DNA of 63,981 bases, counting the filler, from Lama guanicoe (taxonomy: Eukaryota), in NCBI GenBank assembly GCA_013239625.1. It is 103 parts of 103 records of this genome, joined end to end, with 100 filler letters (N's around TTAATTAATTAA, not from the genome) between each part and the next. Parts side by side here need not be neighbours in the genome. Positions count along the whole stretch, not along the records: positions 38,183 to 39,134 come from PNXV01027727.1; positions 39,235 to 39,618 come from PNXV01027728.1; positions 39,719 to 40,352 come from PNXV01027729.1; positions 40,453 to 40,935 come from PNXV01027730.1; positions 41,036 to 41,663 come from PNXV01027731.1; positions 41,764 to 42,279 come from PNXV01027732.1; positions 42,380 to 42,964 come from PNXV01027733.1; positions 43,065 to 43,433 come from PNXV01027734.1; 95 more parts are not named here. The stretch is one strand, 5' to 3'. The notes under the pieces are model-generated. The model worked only from the letters and a program-made list of their open reading frames with translations, was not told the DNA's origin and did no database searches. Shown here in pieces: positions 38,585 to 50,391 of the stretch. Within the stretch, counting starts at the first letter, position 1. Each line of letters starts with the position of its first letter. The position numbers and the translations under genes are program-made.

Positions 38585-38800
38585 ATGGAGCATGATGTGG
38601 GGAGAATCCAGGCTCCTGAGCTGGGCTGCCTGCTCCCAAATCCTGGTTCTTTGCGACCTTGGGCAAATGAAGTCACAGCTCAGTTTCCCCACCTATCAAT
38701 TGGGATAATAATACTACCTCCTTCCTAAGGTGGCTGTGAAGAGTGAATCAGTTAATGTGCACAAGATCTTTCAACCAGTGCACGGCACAGGGTAGGCATA
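38585..38800 (+). mobile_element. MIR SINE
   Basis: gcgaccttgggcaa...ctcagtttccccacctatcaattgggataataatactacc...cagtgcacggcacag. Confidence 0.85.
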
Positions 38801-39234
38801 CAGTTGTACATTATTTTATATTTTTTTATTTTGTTAACTTTTTTCATGTTTTTGCTGTTACATTTGTTGTTTTCTTTATTCACTTCACAAAAATGGATCA
38901 GTAATTCAGAAGTGGTTCACTGAAGTGTAAAAGGAGTGACAAAAGTAGGAATAAGATACTACAGCTCAAAATAACATGAACATCAGCAGAGAACAGAAGC
39001 CCAGTGTAAGTTATAGAACGTGAATCTTCATGCCCAGAGACCAGTGAATCTGCCAGGTTGATAATTTCACTCAAGTAACAGGAAGAGAAAAATTGTAAAT
39101 AGAAAACACCACAATGACTGTCTGAAAATTGGATNNNNNNNNNNNNNNNNNNNNNNNNNNNNNNNNNNNNNNNNNNNNTTAATTAATTAANNNNNNNNNN
39201 NNNNNNNNNNNNNNNNNNNNNNNNNNNNNNNNNN

Positions 39235-39618
39235 TTTTTTTTAACTTTGTTGAGATATAATTCACATATTATAGGGGGATTGCTTAACTCAAGTGGTAGA
39301 GTGCATGCTTAGCATACACAAGGTCCTGTGTTCGATCCCCTGTACCTCCTCTAAAAATAAATAAAACTTAATTACTTCCCTCCACCAAAAAAGAAAAATA
39401 TTCACATATCATATAATTCGCCCGTTTAGGATGCATAGTTAGTATCTCCTAGTATATTCAGAGGTGTGCAGCTGTCACCACAATCAATTTTAGAACATTC
39501 CCATCACCCCAAAAAGAAAGCCTGCATCCCTTGGTCATCACCCCCAGCACTGCAGCCCCCCCATCCCCTGGCAACCACCAGTCTGACTTCTGTCTCTATA
39601 GATGTGCCTGTTCTGGGT
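39235..39618 (-). mobile_element. L1MB/L1MC-like 3' end interrupted by a SINE
   Basis: tttgttgagatataattcacata...caccacaatcaattttagaacatt..catcaccccaaaaagaaa...ctggcaaccac...tctgtctctatagat.tgcctgttctgg. Confidence 0.88.
39274..39399 (+). mobile_element. tRNA-derived SINE of the camelid vic-1 type with 14-bp target-site duplication
   Basis: A box (aactcaagtggtagag), gcatgcttagcat, B box (gttcgatccc) and A-rich tail. TSD attcacatattata (39260-39273) / attcacatatcata (39400-39413). Confidence 0.9.
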
Positions 39619-39829
39619 NNNNNNNNNNNNNNNNNNNNNNNNNNNNNNNNNNNNNNNNNNNNTTAATTAATTAANNNNNNNNNNNNNNNNNNNNNNNNNN
39701 NNNNNNNNNNNNNNNNNNACCTCTCTTCACTGGTCAAGTCTACATCTCCTTATCCTTTCCAGCCTCCTTATGTGAGGACTCTTTTATGACTCCATGTTTA
39801 TCCGTAAAAATACACTGTTGTTTTGGGCA

Positions 39830-40352
39830 AATGACATATAGATATAATTTTTTTTCACTTTACATTATATTTTTTTAACTGGCAATCTTTATATATGTAG
39901 ATTAATTTTAACTGTTGTATGATATTTGTAGAAAAAACACTTCTGTATCAGTTCACCTACTGAGGCCAGGTGGTTTCCCCTTCCTCACTCATAGCTGAGG
40001 AGTAAAGATCCTTGCAGGTGTGCAGATGACTCTTTTTGCATACGTGCAAGAATTTCTCTAGACTGAAGCTAAATATATAATTGACCAATTTTTGGATCAC
40101 TTTGTCAGCTTTAGTAGGCTTTAGCAATTATTCTATGAAGTGATTGTACTAATTTAGCTTCTTTTTAGTAATATATGACTGTTAGTAACATATGACAGTT
40201 CCCACTTCCCGCATCCTGTCCACTGTGTAGATTTATTAGACTTTTTGCCCCTCTGTTGGATGTGAAACGGAATTTCATGGTTGTTTGAATCTGTTTCTCT
40301 GATTACTAATGTTTTGGCTGTCCATTTGGGTATTTCTTTTTTGTGAATTACT
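39830..40352 (-). mobile_element. Old L1 (L1ME-like) 3' region
   Basis: gcaagaatttctctag, gattgtactaattta, gacagttcccacttcccgcatcct, tcatggttgtttgaat..tttctctgattactaatg. Confidence 0.65.
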
Positions 40353-41035
40353 NNNNNNNNNNNNNNNNNNNNNNNNNNNNNNNNNNNNNNNNNNNNTTAA
40401 TTAATTAANNNNNNNNNNNNNNNNNNNNNNNNNNNNNNNNNNNNNNNNNNNNTATCCATTAAGAATATTATATCAATCAAATATATTACAGAGGAAAGAT
40501 TAATTTTAAAAATTTGGGTAGAAAAGAGAACAAAGTAGAGGTAATAGAAAACAAGTGTCATTATGTCATTATTCCCCTGAGTGCTCGAAACTATTTTCTC
40601 CCCTTTATTGGCTTCATTAGAAAGGACCAGGAAGCACTGACTTTCTTTTCAAAAATTCTTCTTAAATGCTCTATCATAAATTTCTAAAATTCCACAAAGA
40701 CATGAATATCTTTTTTTTTAATAGAACTTCCTATGGGAATAGTCATGAGTTAATCATAAAATCATTCATAATCCTTTTCAGTGTGATTAGCTATTTGAGT
40801 TTTCCTTCCTTCTTTCTTTCCTCTCTTGTTTTATGAGCAGGTACCATGTGCCCTACAAGGAATGAGTGCTCTAAATATCAGAAGGACCAGGTTCTTAACC
40901 AGACTGAGCTTCCAGCTAACCCCATGACTCTGAGCNNNNNNNNNNNNNNNNNNNNNNNNNNNNNNNNNNNNNNNNNNNNTTAATTAATTAANNNNNNNNN
41001 NNNNNNNNNNNNNNNNNNNNNNNNNNNNNNNNNNN

Positions 41036-41663
41036 TTGGAGCTTGTACCTCCCCATATATATGTATGGAGTGGATTTTATAACTTAAGAGAAACTTTGTG
41101 TAACCAACATGCTAGGTGAAGGACGGCTTTCACACACGCCTAACTCATAAAACTGAGCTAGTGGAGAGACATTCATTCACCTAGCACAAAGGGAACAGGT
41201 TGCAGGTGTAACACTTACTCTAGTTTCTCAGTCTGTTTCCTAGTGCCGGATTGAAGTTCCTGCAGTTTTCAGTGTAAAACTGGGTTGGAGCTTGTACCTC
41301 CCCATACATATGTATGGAGTGGAGTCTGCAAATGAAGAGAAACTTTGTGTTCCCAACAAGTTAGGTAAAGGACGGCTTTCACACACGCCTAACTCATAAA
41401 ACTGAGCTAGTGGAGAGACATTCATTCACCTAGCACAAAGGGAACAGGTTGCAGGTGTAACACTTACTCTAGTTTCTCAGTCTGTTTCCTAGTGCCGGAT
41501 TGAAGTTCCTGCAGTTTTCAGTGTAAAACTGGGTTGGAGCTTGTACCTCCCCATATATATGTAGGGAGTGGTGTCTGCATCTGTAGAGAAACCTTGTGTT
41601 CCCAACAAGCTAGTTGAAAGACGGCTTTCACACACGCTTATCTCTCAAAACTGAGCATGTGGA
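41036..41663 (+). repeat. Satellite family B, ~2.5 monomers (249 bp)
   Basis: ttggagcttgtacctcccca at 41036, 41285 and 41534. Confidence 0.96.
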
Positions 41664-41937
41664 NNNNNNNNNNNNNNNNNNNNNNNNNNNNNNNNNNNNN
41701 NNNNNNNTTAATTAATTAANNNNNNNNNNNNNNNNNNNNNNNNNNNNNNNNNNNNNNNNNNNNGCCAGAGAAGGACACGGCACACTGCCTGCACCACACA
41801 CAGAACCTGACTAAAACCCACAGCTTCACACATCCAGCCCTTCCTCTCCCAGGGCCTCTGAGGAGGGCTTCCCCTCAGCCGTCAGCCCCTCATGGGAAGC
41901 TTCTCCTCACTTTCCCTCACTTTCCCTTCCTCCTCAC

Positions 41938-42180
41938 CTTCCCTCAGTGCAGCACCTCCTGGTGGGTCCTGAGGAGACTGGGCTCCAGTCAGCGTGGACA
42001 TAACCCCCTGTTGTCCCGAAGCCCTGGCAGATCCACAGTCAGCTGCGCAGGACGCCAAATCCTCAGGCAGAAGGTAGGTGAGTTCCCACCACAGCTGGGG
42101 GAGGCGGGCTCCAGGCCCGGCCAGCCAATGGGAAAGCGCGGGCCCAGCCGCCCTCACAGCCAGCGGTGGCCCCGCCCCAA
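41938..42180 (-). promoter_or_regulatory. Candidate promoter (GC box + CCAAT box) and first exon of an unidentified gene
   Basis: ccccgcccc (~42170), gccaat (~42125) and local CpG enrichment. On the minus strand, gttATG at 42001 opens MSTLTGAQSPQDPPGGAALRE to a donor GAAG|gtgagg at 41938/41937. Confidence 0.45.
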
Positions 42181-42379
42181 CAGCGGCTCTGCTCTATCCT
42201 TTAAACTGGAAATTCAAACTGAAATAGAGTCAAATATCCGTAACTTCTCCAAATACTTAAGAAACAATCTATTGGAAGCNNNNNNNNNNNNNNNNNNNNN
42301 NNNNNNNNNNNNNNNNNNNNNNNTTAATTAATTAANNNNNNNNNNNNNNNNNNNNNNNNNNNNNNNNNNNNNNNNNNNN

Positions 42380-42574
42380 GTTTTGATTTGCATTTCTCTG
42401 ATAATTTGTGATACTGAGCATTTTTTCACATGCCTATTGATCATTTCTATTTCTTCCTTGGAGAATTGTTTGTTTAGGTCTTCTGCCCATTTTTGGATTG
42501 GGTTGTTTGTTTTTTTCTTATTAAGTCATATGAGCTGCTTATATATTCTGGAGATCAAACCTTTGTCAGTTTCA
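42380..42574 (-). mobile_element. L1 ORF2 C-terminal segment (non-inverted part of a 5'-inverted L1)
   Basis: Minus strand reads [63 protein letters not shown]. Confidence 0.93.
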
Positions 42575-42964
42575 ATGTAATACATCACATCACAAGAGAA
42601 AGGACAAAACCCACATGATCATCTCAATAAATGCAGAAAAAGCTTTTGATAAAATTCAACACCCATTTATGATAAAAACTCTCACTAAAGTGGGTATAGA
42701 GGGAACATATCTCAACATAATAAAAGCTATATATGACAAACCTACAGCCAGCATAGTACTCAATGGTGAAAAACTCAAAAGCTTCCCACTAAAATCTGAG
42801 ACAAGACAAGGATGCCCACTATCACCACTCCTATTCAACATCGTCTTGGAAGTCCTGGCCACAGCAATTATTGAGAGAGAGAAATAAAAGGGATCCAAAT
42901 TGGAAAAGAAGAGGTAAGTGTCACTATATGCAGATGACGTGATACTATATATAGAAAACCCTAA
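42572..42964 (+). mobile_element. L1 ORF2 reverse-transcriptase segment (inverted part)
   Basis: [24 protein letters not shown]...[19 protein letters not shown], then a YADD motif (tatgcagatgac) after a frameshift. Confidence 0.95.
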
Positions 42965-43064
42965 NNNNNNNNNNNNNNNNNNNNNNNNNNNNNNNNNNNN
43001 NNNNNNNNTTAATTAATTAANNNNNNNNNNNNNNNNNNNNNNNNNNNNNNNNNNNNNNNNNNNN

Positions 43065-43433
43065 TTCAAACTGAACTCAGAAAAATACAAAATTTAGAAA
43101 AACAGGAAATTTTGGAAAAATAGAAACTTCGAGAATTAAATGTAAATTTTAGAACTAAAATGTACAGTATCTAAAAAAAATCATTGGCTAGGCTTAAAAG
43201 ATTTGAGGTGACATAAGAGTCAGTAAACGTGAATATACATGGACAGAAATCAAATTTCAAATCAAATTTGAAAAACAGAGGGAAAAAAACTGAAAAAAAT
43301 GAACACAGTCTTATGACCTGTGGGACAATATGAAAAAGTCTAACATACATGTAAGTGGAATCCCAGAAAGAGTGGGGCGAAACGGGGTTAAGAAAAACCC
43401 AGCAAAAACACACTACTGTACAACACAACCAAA
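43065..43433 (+). mobile_element. Old L1 ORF1 fragment
   Basis: aaaaaatgaacacagtcttatgacctgtgggacaatatgaaaaagtctaacatacatgtaagtggaatcccagaa (NE.SL.DLWDN.K.SNI.V.GIPE motif). Confidence 0.82.
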
Positions 43434-44610
43434 NNNNNNNNNNNNNNNNNNNNNNNNNNNNNNNNNNNNNNNNNNNNTTAATTAATTAANNNNNNNNNNN
43501 NNNNNNNNNNNNNNNNNNNNNNNNNNNNNNNNNGTCTAGTACTAGGGAAAGTATTGTTTTCTGAGACCTGGTATTTTTTGGTTGTTGTTGTTTGTTTTCT
43601 GTTGTTTGTTTGTTTTTGGTCAGGTAAGTGGGGGTAGTGTAATGTAAGTGAAGAGCCTGCTAAAATTACCAGCTCTTTTCCCAATGTGGATAAAGCATAG
43701 CACCTCTGCCAACATTATAAAAATTCCGTCCCCCTCAGCCTTCCCTCCCACTCTTTCTTGCCTCTTTATTTTTCAGTTCAACAAGCATTTGTTGAACCAC
43801 CACACGAGTCTTTCCAAGGGGAAGATAGACTTTCCAACGTTAGGTTGCATGAAGTGCTCCCTGTACTTAGATTGTGACTCGATTTACAGGGAGATTTTTG
43901 TACTTGGACTTTATTTCACTAAGAACTAGAAAGGACCTTGGAAATTGGTTTTAATGTGAATTGCCTTTGACCGTTTGTGGCGATTACTAGAATGACAGTT
44001 GTTTTTTTTTAATTCTACTGGCATCAGTTTTCAATAGTACTAAGATATAAAGTACAACAGTCTTTACCAGGAAACAATTACTGTCAACTGTCCATGCATT
44101 TATATGCATATGCATGGCCACATCCAGCCGCTTGGCTTCTCTCTGAAACTCACAACACTTAGGCTGGTCAGGACTTACGNNNNNNNNNNNNNNNNNNNNN
44201 NNNNNNNNNNNNNNNNNNNNNNNTTAATTAATTAANNNNNNNNNNNNNNNNNNNNNNNNNNNNNNNNNNNNNNNNNNNNGATTAATAAAATTTTTGAGAT
44301 CATCAGCTGGTTAAAACCAAAGGTATAATGTCAAAGTCTAGATAAGCTGACTTCAACTACTTCCAGACTTTCATTTTGAATTAAAATGTTTTCATTTCAA
44401 TATCTATTTTAAAGAAACTTATGTGGGCTGAATAAAATAACAGTAGAAGTTCAGCTTCCTTTCATGAAATTGAACCATAGCTCTCCTCTACCCACTGAGC
44501 TTACAAAGAGNNNNNNNNNNNNNNNNNNNNNNNNNNNNNNNNNNNNNNNNNNNNTTAATTAATTAANNNNNNNNNNNNNNNNNNNNNNNNNNNNNNNNNN
44601 NNNNNNNNNN

Positions 44611-44748
44611 TCTTAGAGTCGGCTGGTTAGCAACCTAAACAGCATCTGCAAGCATAGGCTCCCTTTGCCAGAGAACCTGAACTCTTCATATATTCTGGGG
44701 AATAGAACATAGACATCTTGGGGGGGGATCATTTTTCTACCTACCACA
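44611..44748 (-). mobile_element. MaLR LTR (MLT1C/D-like) 5' end
   Basis: Reverse complement begins TGTGGTAGGTAGAAAAATGATCCCCCCCAAGATGTC...TGGCAAAGGGA..TTGCAGATG, as in the MLT1 LTR start. Confidence 0.8.
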
Positions 44749-45055
44749 ATAACGTATTTAAGATAATTTCTGGGTTTGAGTTTCTGTTCTCATGAAACTC
44801 TTGATCTATCTTCTGTGTTGCCTTCCACACCAGCATTCTACTCCTGGCCAACCTAACTGCAGAGCTCACCCCTCTCTGTGGTGTCCCTCAAAACCACTTA
44901 CACAAACAGGCCATTCTGTTTTTTGGAGCATGGAGGAGAAACTCAAGCAACTTGANNNNNNNNNNNNNNNNNNNNNNNNNNNNNNNNNNNNNNNNNNNNT
45001 TAATTAATTAANNNNNNNNNNNNNNNNNNNNNNNNNNNNNNNNNNNNNNNNNNNN

Positions 45056-45403
45056 GACCTTGAGGTGGCGCTGTGTTTCTTGTTTTCTTGGGCTTGGTGG
45101 TTTCCTATGCTAATAAGTGGAAAGACCAGCCCTAGGGCAAGGGGCTGGGATTCCCAGGGAGTTGGCCATTTCCCACCCTTTGACCTTTTGTGGCTATCAT
45201 TGGGACTGCCATGTTGCCTGGGGCATGTTATTCACCACGTTACTATTACAATGGGTGTTTACTGAATCTCAAGATCTGCTAGAAGTTAAATCTCTTCATC
45301 CTGAGCCTCAAGGCCTATTGGGGGTTGAATCCTTTAACATTTTGATGTTAATTGCTGTGGCCTTCCTTGAATGGCTGTGCTCTTCCCCTTCCATCCTGTC
45401 TCA
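45056..45403 (-). mobile_element. Probable ERV1-class LTR (5' part)
   Basis: Reverse complement starts TGAGACAGGATGGAAGGGG... and contains a ttattagcat octamer-like motif. Family assignment is by resemblance only. Confidence 0.5.
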
Positions 45404-45752
45404 CTGTGATGACACAAAGACAGCAAAGGTTGGGCACTACCTGTGCTCCTGCATTTAAGGGCCGGAGGTGTGGGGTGGGCTTATGATGACTCTGAGTGGT
45501 GAGAAAGATGTTTCAGATTTTCCTACTTGAGACATGGGAACCTGACAGCAGCCTCCGCATATTTATCTCATGGGCATTATCGCTTGTGTTGTTATGGAAA
45601 CAAAGGCCAGCCAAGAAACAAGAATAACTCAGAGGGTTGGAGTACTGAGATTNNNNNNNNNNNNNNNNNNNNNNNNNNNNNNNNNNNNNNNNNNNNTTAA
45701 TTAATTAANNNNNNNNNNNNNNNNNNNNNNNNNNNNNNNNNNNNNNNNNNNN

Positions 45753-46214
45753 GGGAAGTCCGAGAAAAATCTTCCCTGACCTTAGGGAGGCAGCCTCTGT
45801 CTCTCGGATTTCCTGTAAATCTCCCTAGTGTTCCCTGGCACAGAGACATTAGGAAAACCCTCAGGGGTGATGAGCTTAGGCATACCCTTAGAACCCAAGG
45901 GCTGCCGACCTTTGGTGGATCCTCCAAACGCTCAGGTTTCCGGAACAATTGTCAGTTTGTGGGGAAGCTGTAGAGACAACTCCACGCAGCTCTCTTCAGT
46001 CACAGGTGTTCCCAGTTCGGAGGAAGTCCGAGAAATATCTTCCCTGAACTTAGGGAGGCCGCCTCTGTCTCTGCAATTTCAAAAACCCCCCTAGCGTTCC
46101 CTGGCACAGAGACATTAGGAAAACTCTCAGGGGTGATGAGCTTAGGCATACCCTTAGAACCCAAGGGCTGCCGACCTTTGGTGGATCCTCCAAACGCTCA
46201 GGTTTCCGGAACAA
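45753..46214 (+). repeat. Satellite family A variant subfamily
   Basis: About 1.7 monomers sharing the private variant ggggtgatgagcttaggcatacccttagaacccaaggg. Confidence 0.95.
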
Positions 46215-46314
46215 NNNNNNNNNNNNNNNNNNNNNNNNNNNNNNNNNNNNNNNNNNNNTTAATTAATTAANNNNNNNNNNNNNNNNNNNNNNNNNNNNNN
46301 NNNNNNNNNNNNNN

Positions 46315-46958
46315 TCTTCCTGTGTCAGCTGATCATAGGGAACTCCCGATGAGGCTCTCAGTGGAGGTTGAGGGAGAGAAAGTCGTGTGGCAGGAGTGGG
46401 GACCAAGGGCATTGGGGCCACATCTTCATGTAACTTATCAGGGGCCACTTGGGCCCAACTTCATAACCCACTTCGTTTGATAACGGAAAGCCGCTGATTG
46501 TGCGCACATTTGGGGCATAGTGCGTCAGGAGACACCCAGTTCATGTTAGGCATGGTAACTTGGTGGCTCATGATTAAGTGGTCAGTCTTTCCTAAGGGCC
46601 AGGAGCACCTCAAAAGCAGTTTCTCAAAAAGAGGAGTCATCCACAGAGAATGATAGAGCTTTGCTCCAAAATTCTAAACTTCTGCTGTGATTCAGCTGTG
46701 CAGGCCTGTGGAAGTCACTAAATCGCCTCCTATCCGACACTGACGCCTCATGAACCGTTGGACCTGCTGGACTGTGTGGCCGTGTGCCTTGTGCAACATC
46801 CTGGACCTGTTGCAGAGCGTTCTCCTGTGCTGGGACTCACTCAACACCAGTAGCTTTGGGGTCACTCAGGAAATGGGCTGGAATAAAATACTCAGATGAG
46901 GGCTATGTTACCTCCAAGATCCAAAGAGCCTCAGTGGGCATTGTGTCTCTTTTTTTTT
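46315..46958 (-). mobile_element. pol: ERV-L internal pol fragment (RT thumb/tether toward RNase H), decayed
   Basis: Minus-strand frames give KKETQ..LFGSWR.H.PHL.IL.QPI, QENALQQVQ, EFWSKAL, MSHQVTM, MNWV and KLHEDVAPMPLVPTPATRLSLPQP...GVPYDQLTQE, colinear with HERV-L/MERVL pol (LFGFWRQHIPHL...QEKALQQVQ...GFWSKAL...KLHEEVAQMP...GVPYDQLTEEE). Confidence 0.92.
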
Positions 46959-48775
46959 NNNNNNNNNNNNNNNNNNNNNNNNNNNNNNNNNNNNNNNNNN
47001 NNTTAATTAATTAANNNNNNNNNNNNNNNNNNNNNNNNNNNNNNNNNNNNNNNNNNNNTAAAGATAGATAAGATTTCCCTAATACAGATGTATACATTGG
47101 CCTAGTGTATACAAGATAATTGGCCTAGCAAGATAAATGATTGCTGAGGGACAGGTCTAAACTCAGATATCTCCATAAAAGCAATGCATTGAACAAATCC
47201 TATTTTTCTTACTAGCAATTCCAATTCCCAGAAGATAGAGAGACTTAATAATCTGAAATGATTTTTGAACACAAAGGGACAAAATGATTGACAATTTGGT
47301 AACCCCAGGCTCAAGAAACTTGACATACTGTTCAGATTTTTAAACTAAAACCAAAAGGATGAACAGAAAAAACTGAATGAAGACTCCTGGACTTCAGGTT
47401 AAATAGCTACATAACGGATGGAGCACATGTAGATTGACAATAGTTCGTGTGAGAAACCCGAACACTGTGTAAAAGAGCAGAATGGCAAATGCTGACAGGA
47501 GCACTAAAGTAGAGTTAGCAGCAGCAGCTACTGGGATTGGCACAAACTCTGAGTCTAGGTCCTCTTACTTACTAAGTTTATACCTTACTGTTTCACAGGA
47601 GTCAAACTTTTATTTTATATTTATAGCTTCCCACAGATTTTACTTAGAGACGAAATTTTCCATGGGAAAATGTCCTGCTTTAATGAGCTGCTTGTAGGAA
47701 GTTCTTTCTGGATGAATAGATGTCAGCAGGAGCCAAGGCAGTACTGAAGGTAATCANNNNNNNNNNNNNNNNNNNNNNNNNNNNNNNNNNNNNNNNNNNN
47801 TTAATTAATTAANNNNNNNNNNNNNNNNNNNNNNNNNNNNNNNNNNNNNNNNNNNNTTCTATTTCAATAACCTATGGGCCCAACAAAATTGGTAAATTCA
47901 GTTTTTAAAAGGATCATACAGTCAACTCTTTCCTTCCCATTTCTGTGCATATTAATGTATACTGCAGACTCCTTTTATCTCACAAACACAATTACAAAAC
48001 AGAATTTCTATTTCTCATTTTCCTAAGTTTAAACTATGATGTTTTAATTTTCCTATTTGAAATCTTTACTGGTAAAGTTACTCCAATAGAAATATACATA
48101 CCTNNNNNNNNNNNNNNNNNNNNNNNNNNNNNNNNNNNNNNNNNNNNTTAATTAATTAANNNNNNNNNNNNNNNNNNNNNNNNNNNNNNNNNNNNNNNNN
48201 NNNATGAAATCGTTATACCATTTCTTTACAGTTTTTACACAAATTTCACTTTTAATTCCAAAACTTTAAAATTACTATATATATTCTGTGCATTATTTAT
48301 ACTCTGTTCACCAATCTGGTATAAATTTTTGTACAAAAGGATGGAGATTGTTTTTATTTCATAGACCCCAAAATTAAATTATTTAAAAAGATTTTGTGGG
48401 AATAAGATTTGCAGATAAAACTATAAACATAAGCATCCTATATGTTTCATTTTAAGTAAATGGATGAGAAGTAAACAGTGGCTGAATGTTACTCTTGGTT
48501 TGGTAGGAGATCAGTCGTTTTGTGATGTGACAGCTATTCAGGTTGAGAACCATTGTGATGGCCTAGCAGTTTATCTGTGCAAGACTGCCAAACTGCATTT
48601 GTAGCTGAAGTGTTCAAAATCATGCAGATTAGAAAAGTAGATGTGGAAAAATTTATTTGAGATGGCACATGTTTCNNNNNNNNNNNNNNNNNNNNNNNNN
48701 NNNNNNNNNNNNNNNNNNNTTAATTAATTAANNNNNNNNNNNNNNNNNNNNNNNNNNNNNNNNNNNNNNNNNNNN

Positions 48776-49367
48776 AATATAGAATTTAGAATATAGAATG
48801 TAGAACACAAAATTTAGAATATAGCATACACAATGCTGAATACAGAATTTAGAATATACAATGAAGAACACAGAATATAGAATATAGAAAAGAGAATATA
48901 GAACCCAGAATTTACAACATGGAATGCATAACACAGAATTTAGAATACAGTATACAGAATAATTAATAAACAATTAAAAATAATTGAATGAAGAACACGG
49001 AATATAGAATAAAGAATACATAATTCTGAAAATATAATTTAGAATATAGAATGTACAAAACAGAAGAAAAAATACAGCTCAGAGAAAATTTAAGACAGAT
49101 TTTGGAACATGGAAATCATAACTCAGAATTTCGAATATAGAATACTGAATACTGAATATACAATTTAGAATATAGAATGTAGAACACAGAATTTAGAATA
49201 TAGAGTAAAGAATACTGAATATAGAATTTAGAATATAGAATGTAGAACACAGAACATAGAATGTAGAAAGGAGAATATAGAATCCAGAATTAAAAACATG
49301 GAAAGTAGAACACAGAAATTAGAATATAGCATACGGAATACTCAATATAGAATTTAGAATATAGAAT
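48776..49367 (+). repeat. Satellite family C
   Basis: AGAATAT-type heptamer array, more degenerate in the middle. Confidence 0.95.
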
Positions 49368-49885
49368 NNNNNNNNNNNNNNNNNNNNNNNNNNNNNNNNN
49401 NNNNNNNNNNNTTAATTAATTAANNNNNNNNNNNNNNNNNNNNNNNNNNNNNNNNNNNNNNNNNNNNATAAAGTGGCACAAAGGAATTTCAGAGGAATGA
49501 GGTATTTTCTGGATGAGAGTCTTGGTCATGTTTGTAATATTTATGAAGAAAGGTGGCAAAAGAAAAAATTCTTAAATTGGAATAGATATATTTAATACTA
49601 CACATATCAAATATTTTATGCAACTTTTTTTGTTTTCAATGTAGATACTGGAGAGTAAACCACGATCTTGTGCACAAAAAGCATGCACTCTGCCACATAC
49701 TATGCTGTGTGCTTGGTGATCGGTAGGCAGGATGCAAAAAGCCTGAGACTTTGACACATAGTTTTGGAGAAGTTCCAAACACATCNNNNNNNNNNNNNNN
49801 NNNNNNNNNNNNNNNNNNNNNNNNNNNNNTTAATTAATTAANNNNNNNNNNNNNNNNNNNNNNNNNNNNNNNNNNNNNNNNNNNN

Positions 49886-50391
49886 TGTTTATGTAAACAA
49901 TGTAAATTACATGTGTATTGGTGAGAATTCGCTCGAGGTGTTTTCTGGAGCCAAATGTCCGATTTAAAACATGGTGATAGAAAAAACCTATGAAGTCAGA
50001 GTAAGTATTTCTAAGTGTATATATGCCTTGTTTGGTGGATGAAAGGTCAGTAATCCACATGCTGAGATCTCAGAAACACATGTTTGCCGAATCCGTCATG
50101 CATGTAGCATGTACGGAACCCGCAATGCCATGTTGATGGAATTCATGTAAATTACATATCTGGTGGAAATCGCCCCAGAAGAATTTTTCTGTGAAAAATG
50201 AACGAGTTTGAAACTGTTGTTAGGAAAAGATTGTGAAAATGGTTACACGGGTCTAGATGAAAATATTGTTTTTATAGAGGATGAAAGATCAATAATCCAC
50301 ATGCACTCAACTCAGGAATGCATGTTTGTCGAATCCGTCATTCATGTAGTATGTACGGAACACTGAATATCATTTAGATGGAATCTATTCA
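49886..50391. repeat. Satellite family D: two adjacent, strongly diverged ~243-bp monomers
   Basis: gtaaattacat at 49902 and 50147; taatccacatgc at 50051 and 50293. Homologous to the reverse strand of family B. Confidence 0.88.

Noticed and set aside
39274..39346. tRNA-Ala-like sequence (also 60278-60352)
   Set aside because: Degenerate stems, an A-rich tail and a TSD show these are SINE heads, not tRNA genes.
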